Source: the human T2T-CHM13v2.0 reference genome, Homo sapiens. Taken from it: a DNA stretch of 64,000 nt. Below are positions 1 through 13,700 of this stretch, one piece after another. Numbering within the stretch: position 1 is the stretch's first letter; every line of letters begins with the position of its first letter. Made by a program: the position numbers and the translations under genes. Below the pieces are notes generated by a model. The model was not told the origin of the DNA and did no database searches. It worked only from the letters and a program-made list of their open reading frames with translations. Where the stretch lies: NCBI RefSeq assembly GCF_009914755.1, contig NC_060935.1; one strand, given 5' to 3'.

Positions 1-80
1 TGAACAATCCTGCTGATGGAGCAATTTTGAAACTCTCTTTCTTTGGATTCTGCAAGTGGATATGTGGACCTCTGTGAAGA

Positions 81-97
81 TTTCGTTGGAAACGGGT
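81..97 (+). promoter_or_regulatory. CENP-B box with intact core (third B monomer; repeats every HOR, e.g. 931-947)
   Basis: TTTCGTTGGAAACGGGT matches all 9 core bases of nTTCGnnnnAnnCGGGn. Confidence 0.95.
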
Positions 98-251
98 TCA
101 TCTTCACAGAAAAACTAAACAGAAGCATTCTCAGAAACTGCTTTGTGATGTTTGTGTTCCACTTCAGGAATTGAACTTTCCTCTTGACAGAGCAGCTCTG
201 AAACCCTCTTATTCTAGAATCTGCAAGTGGACATTTGGAGGGCTTTGAGGC

Positions 252-268
252 CTGTGGTGGAAAAGGAA
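252..268 (+). other. A-type (pJalpha-like) box, first A monomer
   Basis: CTGTGGTGGAAAAGGAA at the position homologous to the CENP-B box, 171 bp after the box at 81. Confidence 0.75.
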
Positions 269-421
269 AATCTTCACATAAAAACTAGATGGAAGCATTC
301 TCAGAAACTACTTTGTGATGATTGCATTCGACTCACAGAGTTGAACATTCCTATAGATAGAGCAGGTTGTAAACAATCTTTTTGTAGAATCTGCGATTGG
401 AGATTTGGACTGCTTTGAGTC

Positions 422-438
422 CTACTGTAGTAAAGGAA
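422..438 (+). other. A-type box, second A monomer (diverged)
   Basis: CTACTGTAGTAAAGGAA at the box-homologous position, with no CENP-B core. Confidence 0.7.
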
Positions 439-592
439 ATAACTTCATCTAAAAACCAAACGGAAGCATTCACAGACAATTCTTAGTGATCATTGCATTG
501 AACTAACAGAGCTGAACATTCCTTTAGATGGAGCAGTTTCCAAACACACTTTCTGTAGAACCTGCAAGTGGATATTTGGACCTCTCTGAGGA

Positions 593-609
593 TTTCGTTG
601 GAAACGGGA
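593..609 (+). promoter_or_regulatory. Canonical CENP-B box (first B monomer; repeats every HOR)
   Basis: TTTCGTTGGAAACGGGA matches the consensus YTTCGTTGGAARCGGGA exactly. Confidence 0.97.
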
Positions 610-759
610 TAAACTTCCCAGAACTACACGGAAGCATTGTGAGAAACTTCTTTGTGATGTTTGCATTCAACTCACAGAGTTGAACCTTGCTTTCATAGTT
701 CAGCTTTCAAACACTCTTTTTGTAGAATCTGCAAGTGGATATTTGGACCACTTTGTGGC

Positions 760-776
760 CTTCCTTCGAAACGGGT
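760..776 (+). promoter_or_regulatory. Degenerate CENP-B box (middle B monomer, 8 of 9 core bases)
   Basis: CTTCCTTCGAAACGGGT has TTCC in place of core TTCG. This state is present in every unit inspected. Confidence 0.85.
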
Positions 777-3700
777 ATATCTTCACATCAAACCTAGACA
801 GAAGCATTCTCAGAATGTTTCCTGTGATGACTGCATTCAACTCACAGAGGTGAACAATCCTGCTGATGGAGCAGTTTTGAAACTCTCTTTCTTTGGATTC
901 TGCAAGTGGATATGTGGACCTCTGTGAAGATTTCGTTGGAAACGGGTTCATCTTCACAGAAAAACTAAACAGAAACATTCTCACAAACTGCTTTGTGATG
1001 TTTGTGTTCCACTTCAGGAATTGAACTTTCCTCTTGACAGAGCAGCTCTGAAACCCTCTTATTCTAGAATCTGCAAGTGGACATTTGGAGGGCTTTGAGG
1101 CCTGTAGTGGAAAAGGAAAATCTTCAGATAAAAACTAGATGGAAGCATTCTCAGAAACTACTTTGTGATGATTGCATTCGACTCACAGAGTTGAACATTC
1201 CTATAGATAGAGCAGGTTGTAAACAATCTTTTTGTAGAATCTGCGATTGGAGATTTGGACTGCTTTGAGGCCTACTGTAGTAAAGGAAATAACTTCATCT
1301 AAAAACCAAACGGAAGCATTCACAGACAATTCTTAGTGATCATTGGATTGAAGTAACAGAGCTGAACATTCCTTTAGATGGCGCAGTTTCCAAACACACT
1401 TTCTGTAGAATCTGCAAGTGGATATTTGGACTTCTCTGAGGATTTCGTTGGAAACGGGATAAACTTCCCAGAACTACACGGAAGGATTGTGAGAAACTTC
1501 TTTGTGATGTTTGCATTCAACTCACAGAGTTGAACCTTGCTTTCATAGTTCAGCTTTCAAACACTCTTTTTGTAGAATCTGCAAGTGGATATTTGGACCA
1601 CTTTTTGGGCTTCCTTCGAAACGGGTATATCTTCACATCAAACCTACACAGAAACATTCTCAGAATGTTTCCTGTGATGACTGCATTCAACTCACAGAGG
1701 TGAACAATCCTGCTGATGGAGCAGTTTTGAAACTCTCTTTCTTTGGATTCTGCAAGTGGATATGTGGACCTCTGTGAAGATTTCGTTGGAAACGGGTTCA
1801 TCTTCACAGAAAAACTAAACAGGAGCATTCTCAGAAACTGCTTTGTGATGTTTGTGTTCCACTTCAAGAATTGAACTTTCCTCTTGACAGAGCAGCTCTG
1901 AAACCCTATTTTTCTAGAATATGCAAGTGGACATTTGGAGGGCTTTGAGGCCTGTGGTGGAAAAGGAAAATCTTCACATAAAAACTAGATGGAAGCATTC
2001 TCAGAAACTACTTTGTGATGATTGCATTCGACGCACAGAGTTGAACATTCCTATAGATAGAGCAGGTTGTAAACAATCTTTTTGTAGAATCTGCGATTGG
2101 AGATTTGGACTGCTTTGAGGCCTACTGTAGTAAAGGAAATAACTTCATCTAAAAACCAAACGGAAGCATTCACAGACAATTCTTAGTGATCATTGCATTG
2201 AACTAACAGAGCTGAACATTCCTTTAGATGGCGCAGTTTCCAAACACACTTTCTGTAGAATCTGCAAGTGGATATTTGGACTTCTCTGAGGATTTCGTTG
2301 GAAACGGGATAAACTTCCCAGAACTACACGGAAGCATTGTGAGAAACTTCTTTGTGATGTTTGCATTCAACTCACAGAGTTGAAACTTGCTTTCATAGTT
2401 CAGCTTTCAAACACTCTTTTTGTAGAATCTGCAAGTGGATATTTGGACCACTTTGTGGCCTTCCTTCGAAACGGGTATATCTTCACATCAAACCTAGACA
2501 TAAGCATTCTCAGAATGTTTCCTGTGAAGACTGCATTCAACTCACAGAGATGAACAATCCTGTTGATGGAGCACTTTGGAAACTCTCTTTCTTTGGATTC
2601 TGCAAGTTGATATGTGGACCTCTGTGAAGATTTCGTTGGAAACGGGTTCATCTTCACAGAAAAACTAAACAGAAGCATTCTCAAAAACTACTTTGTGATG
2701 TTTGTGTTCCACTTCAAGAATTGAACTTTCCTCTTGACAGAGCAGTTCTGAAAACCTCTTTTTCTAGAATCTGCAAGTGGACATTTGGAGGGCTTTGAGG
2801 CCTGTGGTGGAAAAGGAAAATCTTCACATAAAAACTAGATGGAAGCATTCTCAGAAACTACTTTGTGATGATTGCATTCGACTCACAGAGTTGAACATTC
2901 CTATAGATAGAGCAGGTTGTAAACAATCTTTTTGTAGAATCTGCGATTGGAGATTCGGACTGCTTTGAGGCATACTGTAGTAAAGGAAATAACTTCATCT
3001 AAAAACCAAACGGAAGCATTCACAGACAATTCTTAGTGATCATTGCATTGAACTAACAGAGCTGAACATTCCTTTACATGGCGCAGTTTCCAAACACACT
3101 TTCTGTAGAATCTGCAAGTGGATATTTGGACCTCTCTGAGGATTTCGTTGGAAACGGGATAAACTTCCCAGAACTACACGGAAGCATGCTGAGAAACTTC
3201 TTTGTGATGTTTGCATTCAACTCACAGAGTTGAACCTTGCTTTCATAGTTCAGCTTTCAAACACTTTTTTTGTAGAATCTGCAAGTGGATATTTGGACCA
3301 CTTTGTGGCCTTCCTTCGAAACGGGTATATCTTCACATCAAACCTAGACAGAAGCATTCTCAGAATGTTTCCTGTGATGACTGCATTCAACTCACAGAGG
3401 TGAACAATCCTGCTGACGGAGGAGTTTTGAAACTCTCTTTCTTTGGATTCTGCAAGTGGATATGTGGACCTCTGTGAAGATTTCGTTGGAAACGGGTTCA
3501 TCTTCACAGAAAAACTAAACAGAAGCATTCTCAGAAACTGCTTTGTGATGTTTGTGTTCCACTTCAGGAATTGAACTTTCCTCTTGACAGAGCAGCTCTG
3601 AAACCCTCTTATTCTAGAATCTGCAAGTGGACATTTGGAGGGCTTTGAGGCCTGTGGTGGAAAAGGAAAATCTTCACATAAAAACTAGATGGAAGCATTC

Positions 3701-4729
3701 TCAGAAACTACTTTGTGATGATTGCATTCGACTCACAGAGTTGAACATTCCTATAGATAGAGCAGGTTGTAAACAATCTTTTTCTAGAATCTGCTATTGG
3801 AGATTTGGACTCCTTTGAGGCCTACTGTAGTAAAGGAAATAACTTCATCTAAAAACCAAACGGAAGCATTCACAGACAATTCTCAGGATCATTGGATTGA
3901 ACTAACAGAGCTGAACATTCCTTTAGATGGAGCAGTTTCCAAACACACTTTCTGTAGAATCTGCAAGTGGATATTTGGACTTCTCTGAGAATTTCGTTGG
4001 AAAAGGGATAAATTTCCCAGAACTACACGGAAGCATTGTGAGAAACTTCTTTGTGATGTTTGCATTCAACTCACAGAGTTGAACCTTGCTTTCATAGTTC
4101 AGCTTTCAAACACTCTTTTTGTAGAATCTGCAAGTGGATATTTGGACCACTTTGTGGCCTTCCTTCGAAACGGGTATATCTTCACATCAAACCTAGACAG
4201 AAGCATTCTCAGAATGTTTCCTGTGATGACTGCATTCAACTCACAGAGGTGAACAATCCTGCTGATGGAGCAGTTTTGAAACTCTCTTTCTTTGGATTCT
4301 GCAAGTGGATATGTGGAGCTCTGTGAAGATTTCGTTGGAAACGGGTTCATCTTCACAGAAAAACTAAACAGGAGCATTCTCAGAAACTGCTTTGTGATGT
4401 TTGTGTTCCACTTCAAGAATTGAACTTTCCTCTTGACAGAGCAGCTCTGAAACCCTCTTTTTCTAGAATCTGCAAGTGGACATTTGGAAGGATTTGAGGC
4501 CTGTGGTGGAAAAGGAAAATCTTCACATAAAAACTAGATGGAAGCATTCTCAGAAACTACTTTGTGATGATTGCATTCGACTCACAGAGTTGAACATTCC
4601 TATAGATAGAGCAGGTTGTAAACAATCTTTTTGTAGAATCTGCGATTGGAGATTTGGACTGCTTTGAGGCCTACTGTAGTAAAGGAAATAACTTCATCTA
4701 AAAACCAAACGGAAGCATTTACAGACAAT

Positions 4730-7700
4730 TCTTAGTGATCATTGGATTGAACTAACAGAGCTGAACATTCCTTTAGATGGAGCAGTTTCCAAACCCACTT
4801 TCTGTAGAATCTGCAAGTGGATATTTGGACTTCTCTGAGGATTTCGTTGGAAACGGGATAAACTTCCCAGAACTACAGGGAAGCATTGTGAGAAACTTCT
4901 TTGTGATGTTTGCATTCAACTCACAGAGTTGAACCTTGCTTTCATAGTTCAGCTTTCAAACACTCTTTTTGTAGAATCTGCAAGTGGATATTTGGACCAC
5001 TTTGTGGCCTTCCTTCGAAACGGGTATATCTTCACATCAAACCTAGACAGAAGCATTCTCAGAATGTTTCCTGTGAAGACTGCATTCAACTCACAGAGAT
5101 GAACAATCCTGTTGATGGAGCACTTTGGAAACTCTCTTTCTTGGGATTCTGCAAGTTGATATGTGGACCTCTGTGAAGATTTCGTTGGAAACGGGTTCAT
5201 CTTCACAGAAAAACTAAACAGAAGCATTCTCAAAAACTACTTTGTGATGTTTGTGTTCCACTTCAAGAATTGAACTTTCCTCTTGACAGAGCAGCTCTGA
5301 AAACCTCTTTTTCTAGAATCTGCAAGTGGACATTTGGAGGGCTTTGAGGCCTGTGGTGGAAAAGGAAAATCTTCACATAAAAACTAGATGGAAGCATTCT
5401 CAGAAACTACTTTGGGATGATTGCATTCGACTCACAGAGTTGAACATTCCTATAGATAGAGCAGGTTGTAAACAATCTTTTTGTAGAAAATGCGATTGGA
5501 GATTTGGACTGCTTTGAGGCCTACTGTAGTAAAGGAAATAACTTCATCTAAAAACCAAACGGAAGCATTCACAGACAATTCTTAGTGATCATTGGATTGA
5601 ACTAACAGAGCTGAACATTCCTTTAGATGGAGCAGTTTCCAAACCCACTTTCTGTAGAATCTGCAAGTGGATATTTGGACTTCTCTGAGGATTTCGTTGG
5701 AAACGGGATAAACTTCCCAGAACTACACGGAAGCATTGTGAGAAACTTCTTTGTGATGTTTGCATTCATCTCACAGAGTTGAACCTTGCTTTCATAGTTC
5801 AGCTTTCAAACACTCTTTTTGTAGAATCTGCAAGTGGATATTTGGACCACTTTGTGGCCTTCCTTCGAAACGGGTATATCTTCACATCAAACCTAGACAG
5901 AAGCATTCTCAGAATGTTTCCTGTGATGACTGCATTCAACTCACAGAGGTGAACAATCCTGCTGATGGAGCAGTTTTGAAACTCTCTTTCTTTGGATTCT
6001 ACAAGTGGATATGTGGACCTCTGTGAAGATTTCGTTGGAAACGGGTTCATCTTCACAGAAAAACTAAACAGAAGCATTCTCAGAAACTGCTTTGTGATGT
6101 TTGTGTTCCACTTCAGGAATTGAACTTTCCTCTTGACAGAGCAGCTCTGAAACCCTCTTATTCTAGAATCTGCAAGTGGACATTTGGAGGGCTTTGAGGC
6201 CTGTGGTGGAAAAGGAAAATCTTCACATAAAAACTAGATGGAAGCATTCTCAGAAACTACTTTGTGATGATGGCTTTCGACTCACAGAGTTGAACATTCC
6301 TATAGATAGAGCAGGTTGTAAACAATCTTTTTGTAGAATCTGCGATTGGAGATTTGGACTGCTTTGAGGCCTACTGTAGTAAAGGAAATAACTTCATCTA
6401 AAAACCAAACGGAAGCATTCACAGACAATACTTAGTGATCATTGGATTGAACTAACAGAGCTGAACATTCCTTTAGATGGAGCAGTTTCCAAACACACTT
6501 TCTGTAGAATCTGCAAGTGGATATTTGGACTTCTCTGAGGATTTCGTTGGAAACGGGATAAAATTCCCAGAACTACACGGAAGCATTCTGAGAAACTTCT
6601 TTGTAATGTTTGCATTCAACTCACAGAGTTGAACCTTGCTTTCATAGTTCAGCTTTCAAACACTCTTTTTGTGCAATCTGCAAGTGGATATTTGGACCAC
6701 TTTGTGGCCTTCCTTCGAAACGGGTATATCTTCATATCAAACCTAGACAGAAGCATTCTCAGAATGTTTCCTGTGATGACTGCATTCAACTCACAGAGGT
6801 GAACAATCCTGCTGATGGAGCAGTTTTGAAACTCTCTTTCTTTGGATTCTGCAAGTGGATATGTGGACGTCTGTGAAGATTTCGTTGGAAACGGGTTCAT
6901 CTTCACAGAAAAACTAAACAGGAGCATTCTCAGAAACTCCTTTGTGATGTTTGTGTTCCACTTCAGGAATTGAACTTTCCTCTTGACTGAGCAGCTCTGA
7001 AACCCTCTTTTTCTAGAATCTGCAAGTGGACATTTGGAGGGCTTTGAGGCCTGTGGTGGAAAAGGAAAATCTTCACATAAAAACTAGATGGAAGCATTCT
7101 CAGAAACTACTTTGTGATGATTGCATTCGACTCACAGAGTTGAACATTCCTATAGATAGAGCAGGTTGTAAACAATCTTTTTGTAGAATCTGCGATTGGA
7201 GATTTGGACTGCTTTGAGGCCTACTGTAGTAGAGGAAATAACTTCATCTAAAAACCAAACGGAAGCATTCACAGACAATTCTTAGTGATCATTGCATTGA
7301 ACTAACAGAGCTGAACATTCCTTTAGATGGAGCAGTTTCCAAACACACTTTCTGTAGAATCTGCAAGTGGATATTTGGACTTCTCTGAGGATTTCGTTGG
7401 AAACGGGATAAACTTCTCAGAACTACACGGAAGCATTCTGAGAAACTTCTTTGTGATGTTTGCATTCAACTCACAGAGTTGAACCTTGCTTTCATAGTTC
7501 AGCTTTCAAACACTCTTTTTGTAGAATCTGCAAGTGGATATTTGGACCACTTTGTGGCCTTCCTTCGAAACGGGTATATCTTCACATCAAACCTAGACAG
7601 AAGCATTCTCAGAATGTTTCCTGTGATGACTGCATTCAACTCACAGAGGTGAACAATCCTGTTGATGGAGCAGTTTTGAAACTCTCTTTCTTTGGATTCT

Positions 7701-10700
7701 GCAAGTTGATATGTGGACCTCTGTGAAGATTTCGTTGGAAACGGGTTCATCTTCACAGAAAAACTAAACAGAATCATTCTCAGAAACTGCTTTGTGATGT
7801 TTGTGTTCCACTTCAAGAATTGAACTTTCCTCTTGACAGAGCAGCTCTGAAACCCTCTTTTTCTAGAATCTGCAAGTGGACATTTGGAGGGCTTTGAGGT
7901 CTGTGGTGGAAAAGGAAAATCTTCACATAAAAACTAGATGGAAGCATTCTCAGAAACTACTTTGTGATGATTGCATTCGACTCACAGAGTTGAACATTCC
8001 TATAGATAGAGCAGGTTGTAAACAATCTTTTTGTAGAATCTGCGATTGGAGATTTGGACTGCTTTGAGGCCTACTGTAGTAAAGGAAATAACTTCATCTA
8101 AAAACCAAACGGAAGCATTCACAGACAATTCTTAGTGATCATTGCATTGAACTAACAGAGCTGAACATTCCTTTAGATGGAGCAGTTTCCAAACACACTT
8201 TCTGTAGAATCTGCAAGTGGATATTCGGACTTCTCTGAGGATTTTGTTGGAAACGGGATAAACTTCCCAGAACTACACGGAAGCATTGTGAGAAACTTCT
8301 TTGTGATGTTTGCATTCAACTCACAGAGTTGAACCTTGCTTTCATAGTTCAGCTTTCAAACACTCTTTTTGTAGAATCTGCAAGTGCATATTTGGACCAC
8401 TTTGTGGCCTTCCTTCGAAACGGGTATATCTTCACATCAAACCTAGACAGAAGCATTCTCAGAATGTTTCCTGTGAAGACTGCATTCAACTCACAGAGAT
8501 GAACAATCCTGTTGATGGAGCACTTTGGAAACTCTCTTTCTTGGGATTCTGCAAGTTGATATGTGGACCTCTGTGAAGATTTCTTTGGAAACGTGTTCAT
8601 CTTCACAGAAAAACTAAACAGAAGCATTCTCAAAAACTACTTTGTGATGTTTGTGTTCCACTTCAAGAATTGAACTTTCCTCTTGACAGAGCAGCTCTGA
8701 AAACCTCTTTTTCTAGAATCTGCAAGTGGACATTTGGAGGGCTTTGAGGCCTGTGGTGGAAAAGGAAAATCTTCACATAAAAACTAGATGGAAGCATTCT
8801 CAGAAACTACTTTGTGATGATTGCATTCGACTCACAGAGTTGAACATTCCTATAGATAGAGCAGGTTGTAAACAATCTTTTTGTAGAATCTGCGATTGGA
8901 GATTTGGACTGCTTTGAGGCCTACTGTAGTAGAGGAAATAACTTCATCTAAAAACCAAACGGAAGCATTCACAGACAATTCTTAGTGATCATTGCATTGA
9001 ACTAACAGAGCTGAACATTCCTTTAGATGGCGCAGTTTCCAAACACACTTTCTGTAGAATCTGCAAGTGGATATTTGGACCTCTCTGAGGATTTCGTTAG
9101 AAACGGGATAAACTTCCCAGAACTACACGGAAGCATGCTGAGAAACTTCTTTGTGATGTTTGCATTCAACTCACAGAGTTGAACCTTGCTTTCATAGTTC
9201 AGCTTTCAAACACTCTTTTTGTAGAATCTGCAAGTGGATATTTGGACCACTTTGTGGCCTTCCTTCGAAACGGGTATATCTTCACATCAAACCTAGACAG
9301 AAGCATTCTCAGAATGTTTCCTGTGATGACTGCATTCAACTCACAGAGGTGAACAATCCTGCTGATGGAGCAATTTTGAAACTCTCTTTCTTTGGATTCT
9401 GCAAGTGGATATGTGGACCTCTGTGAAGATTTCGTTGGAAACGGGTTCATCTTCACAGAAAAACTAAACAGGAGCATTCTCAGAAAGTGCTTTGTGATGT
9501 TTGTGTTCCACTTCAGGAATTGAACTTTCCTCTTGACAGAGCAGCTCTGAAACCCTCTTTTTCTAGAATCTGCAAGTGGACATTTGGAGGGCTTTGAGGC
9601 CTGTGGTGGAAAAGGAAAATCTTCACATAAAAACTAGATGGAAGCATTCTCAGAAACTACTTTGTGATGATTGCATTCGACTCACAGAGTTGAACATTCC
9701 TATAGATAGAGCAGGTTGTAAACAATCTTTTTGTAGAATCTGCGATTGGAGATTTGGACTGCTTTGAGGCCTACTGTAGTAAAGGAAATAACTTCATCTA
9801 AAAACCAAACGGAAGCATTCACAGACAATTCTTAGTGATCATTGGATTGAACTAACAGAGTTGAACATTCCTTTAGATGGCGCAGTCTCCAAACACACTT
9901 TCTGTAGAATCTGCAAGTGGATATTTGGACTTCTCTGAGGATTTCGTTGGAAACGGGATAAACTTCCCAGAACTACACGGAAGCATTGTGAGAAACTTCT
10001 TTGTGATGTTTGCATTCAACTCACAGAGTTGAACCTTGCTTTCATAGTTCAGCTTTCAAACCCTCTTTTTGTAGAATCTGCAAGTGGATATTTGGGCCAC
10101 TTTGTGGCCTTCCTTCGAAACGGGTATATCTTCACATCAAACCTAGACAGAAGCATTCTCAGAATGTTTCCTGTGATGACTGCATTCAACTCAGAGAGGT
10201 GAACAATCCTGCTGATGGAGCAGTTTTGAAACTCTCTTTCTTTGGATTCTGCAAGTGGATATGTGGACCTCTGTGAAGATTTCGTTGGAAACGGGTTCAT
10301 CTTCACAGAAAAACTAAACAGGAGCATTCTCAGAAACTGCTTTGTGATGTTTGTGTTCCACTTCAAGAATTGAACTTTCCTCTTGACAGAGCAGCTCTGA
10401 AACCCTATTTTTCTAGAATCTGCAAGTGGACATTTGGAGGGCTTTGAGGCCTGTGGTGGAAAAGGAAAATCTTCACATAAAAACTAGATGGAAGCATTCT
10501 CAGAAACTACTTTGTGATGATTGCATTCGACTCACAGAGTTGAACATTCCTATAGATAGAGCAGGTTGTAAACAATCTTTTTCTAGAATCTGCGATTGGA
10601 GATTTGGACAGCTTTGAGGCCTACTGTAGTAAAGGAAATAACTTCATCTAAAAACCAAACGGAAGCATTCACAGACAATTCTTAGTGATCATTGGATTGA

Positions 10701-13700
10701 ACTAACAGAGCTGAACATTCCTTTAGATGGAGCAGTTTCCAAACCCACTTTCTGTAGAATCTGCAAGTGGATATTTGGACTTCTCTGAGGATTTCGTTGG
10801 AAACGGGATAAACTTCCCAGAACTACAGGGAAGCATTGTGAGAAACTTCTTTGTGATGTTTGCATTCAACTCACAGAGTTGAACCTTGCTTTCATAGTTC
10901 AGCTTTCAAACACTCTTTTTGTAGAATCTGCAAGTGGATATTTGGACCACTTTGTGGCCTTCCTTCGAAACGGGTATATCTTCACATCAAACCTAGACAG
11001 AAGCATTCTCAGAATGTTTCCTGTGAAGACTGCATTCAACTCACAGAGATGAACAATCCTGTTGATGGAGCACTTTGGAAACTCTCTTTCTTGGGATTCT
11101 GCAAGTTGATATGTGGACCTCTGTGAAGATTTCGTTGGAAACGGGTTCATCTTCACAGAAAAACTAAACAGAAGCATTCTCAAAAACTACTTTGTGATGT
11201 TTGTGTTCCACTTCAAGAATTGAACTTTCCTCTTGACAGAGCAGCTCTGAAAACCTCTTTTTCTAGAATCTGCAAGTGGACATTTGGAGGGCTTTGAGGC
11301 CTGTGGTGGAAAAGGAAAATCTTCACATAAAAACTAGATGGAAGCATTCTCAGAAACTACTTTGTGATGATTGCATTCGACTCACAGAGTTGAACATTCC
11401 TATAGATAGAGCAGGTTGTAAACAATCTTTTTGTAGAAAATGCGATTGGAGATTTGGACTGCTTTGAGGCCTACTGTAGTAAAGGAAATAACTTCATCTA
11501 AAAACCAAACGGAAGCATTCACACACAATTCTTAGTGATCATTGGATTGAACTAACAGAGCTGAACATTCCTTTAGATGGAGCAGTTTCCAAACCCACTT
11601 TCTGTAGAATCTGCAAGTGGATATTTGGACTTCTCTGAGGATTTCGTTGGAAACGGGATAAACTTCCCAGAACTACACGGAAGCATTGTGAGAAACTTCT
11701 TTGTGATGTTTGCATTCAACTCACAGAGTTGAACCTTGCATTCATAGTTCAGCTTTCAAACACTCTTTTTGTAGAATCTGCAAGTGGATATTTGGACCAC
11801 TTTGTGGCCTTCCTTCGAAACGGGTATATCTTCACATCAAACCTAGACAGAAGCATTCTCAGAATGTTTCCTGTGATGACTGCATTCAACTCACAGAGGT
11901 GAACAATCCTGCTGATGGAGCAGTTTTGAAACTCTCTTTCTTTGGATTCTACAAGTGGATATGTGGACCTCTGTGAAGATTTCGTTGGAAACGGGTTCAT
12001 CTTCACAGAAAAACTAAACAGAAGCATTCTCAGAAACTGCTTTGTGATGTTTGTGTTCCACTTCAGGAATTGAACTTTCCTCTTGACAGAGCAGCTCTGA
12101 AACCCTCTTATTCTAGAATCTGCAAGTGGACATTTGGAGGGCTTTGAGGCCTGTGGTGGAAAAGGAAAATCTTCACATAAAAACTAGATGGAAGCATTCT
12201 CAGAAACTACTTTGTGATGATGGCTTTCGACTCACAGAGTTGAACATTCCTATAGATAGAGCAGGTTGTAAACAATCTTTTTGTAGAATCTGCGATTGGA
12301 GATTTGGACTGCTTTGAGGCCTACTGTAGTAAAGGAAATAACTTCATCTAAAAACCAAACGGAAGCATTCACAGACAATACTTAGTGATCATTGGATTGA
12401 ACTAACAGAGCTGAACATTCCTTTAGATGGAGCAGTTTCCAAACACACTTTCTGTAGAATCTGCAAGTGGATATTTGGACTTCTCTGAGGATTTCGTTGG
12501 AAACGGGATAAAATTCCCAGAACTACACGGAAGCATTCTGAGAAACTTCTTTGTAATGTTTGCATTCAACTCACAGAGTTGAACCTTGCTTTCATAGTTC
12601 AGCTTTCAAACACTCTTTTTGTACAATCTGCAAGTGGATATTTGGACCACTTTGTGGCCTTCCTTCGAAACGGGTATATCTTCATATCAAACCTAGACAG
12701 AAGCATTCTCAGAATGTTTCCTGTGATGACTGCATTCAACTCACAGAGGTGAACAATCCTGCTGATGGAGCAGTTTTGAAACTCTCTTTCTTTGGATTCT
12801 GCAAGTGGATATGTGGACGTCTGTGAAGATTTCGTTGGAAACGGGTTCATCTTCACAGAAAAACTAAACAGGAGCATTCTCAGAAAGTGCTTTGTGATGT
12901 TTGTGTTCCACTTCAGGAATTGAACTTTCCTCTTGACAGAGCAGCTCTGAAACCCTCTTTTTCTAGAATCTGCAAGTGGACATTTGGAGGGCTTTGAGGC
13001 CTGTGGTGGAAAAGGAAAATCTTCACATAAAAACTAGATGGAAGCATTCTCAGAAACTACTTTGTGATGATTGCATTCGACTCACAGAGTTGAACATTCC
13101 TATAGATAGAGCAGGTTGTAAACAATCTTTTTGTAGAATCTGCGATTGGAGATTTGGACTGCTTTGAGGCCTACTGTAGTAGAGGAAATAACTTCATCTA
13201 AAAACCAAACGGAAACATTCACAGACAATTCTTAGTGATCATTGCATTGAACTAACAGAGCTGAACATTCCTTTAGATGGAGCAGTTTCCAAACACACTT
13301 TCTGTAGAATCTGCAAGTGGATATTTGGACTTCTCTGAGGATTTCGTTGGAAACGGGATAAACTTCCCAGAACTACACGGAAGCATTCTGAGAAACTTCT
13401 TTGTGATGTTTGCATTCAACTCACAGAGTTGAACCTTGCTTTCATAGTTCAGCTTTCAAACACTCTTTTTGTAGAATCTGCAAGTGGATATTTGGACCAC
13501 TTTGTGGCCTTCCTTCGAAACGGGTATATCTTCACATCAAACCTAGACAGAACCATTCTCAGAATGTTTCCTGTGATGACTGCATTCAACTCACAGAGGT
13601 GAACAATCCTGTTGATGGAGCAGTTTTGAAACTCTCTTTCTTTGGATTCTGCAAGTTGATATGTGGACCTCTGTGAAGATTTCGTTGGAAACGGGTTCAT

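Larger units (their letters stand above)
213..1062 (+). repeat. Representative single HOR unit (XbaI to XbaI), five diverged monomers
   Basis: TCTAGA at 213-218 and 1063-1068. Homologous box positions at 81, 252, 422, 593, 760 and 931 give spacings 171, 170, 171, 167 and 171, summing to 850. Confidence 0.95.

Noticed and set aside
422-495. Short dyads (CTACTGTAG, TGATCA) as cruciform or terminator elements
   Set aside because: Stems are only 3-4 bp, as expected by chance, and are not evidence of structure without folding calculations.
9092-9108. TTTCGTTAGAAACGGGA variant as a lost CENP-B box
   Set aside because: The change is at a non-core position and all 9 core bases are intact, so it was not counted as broken.
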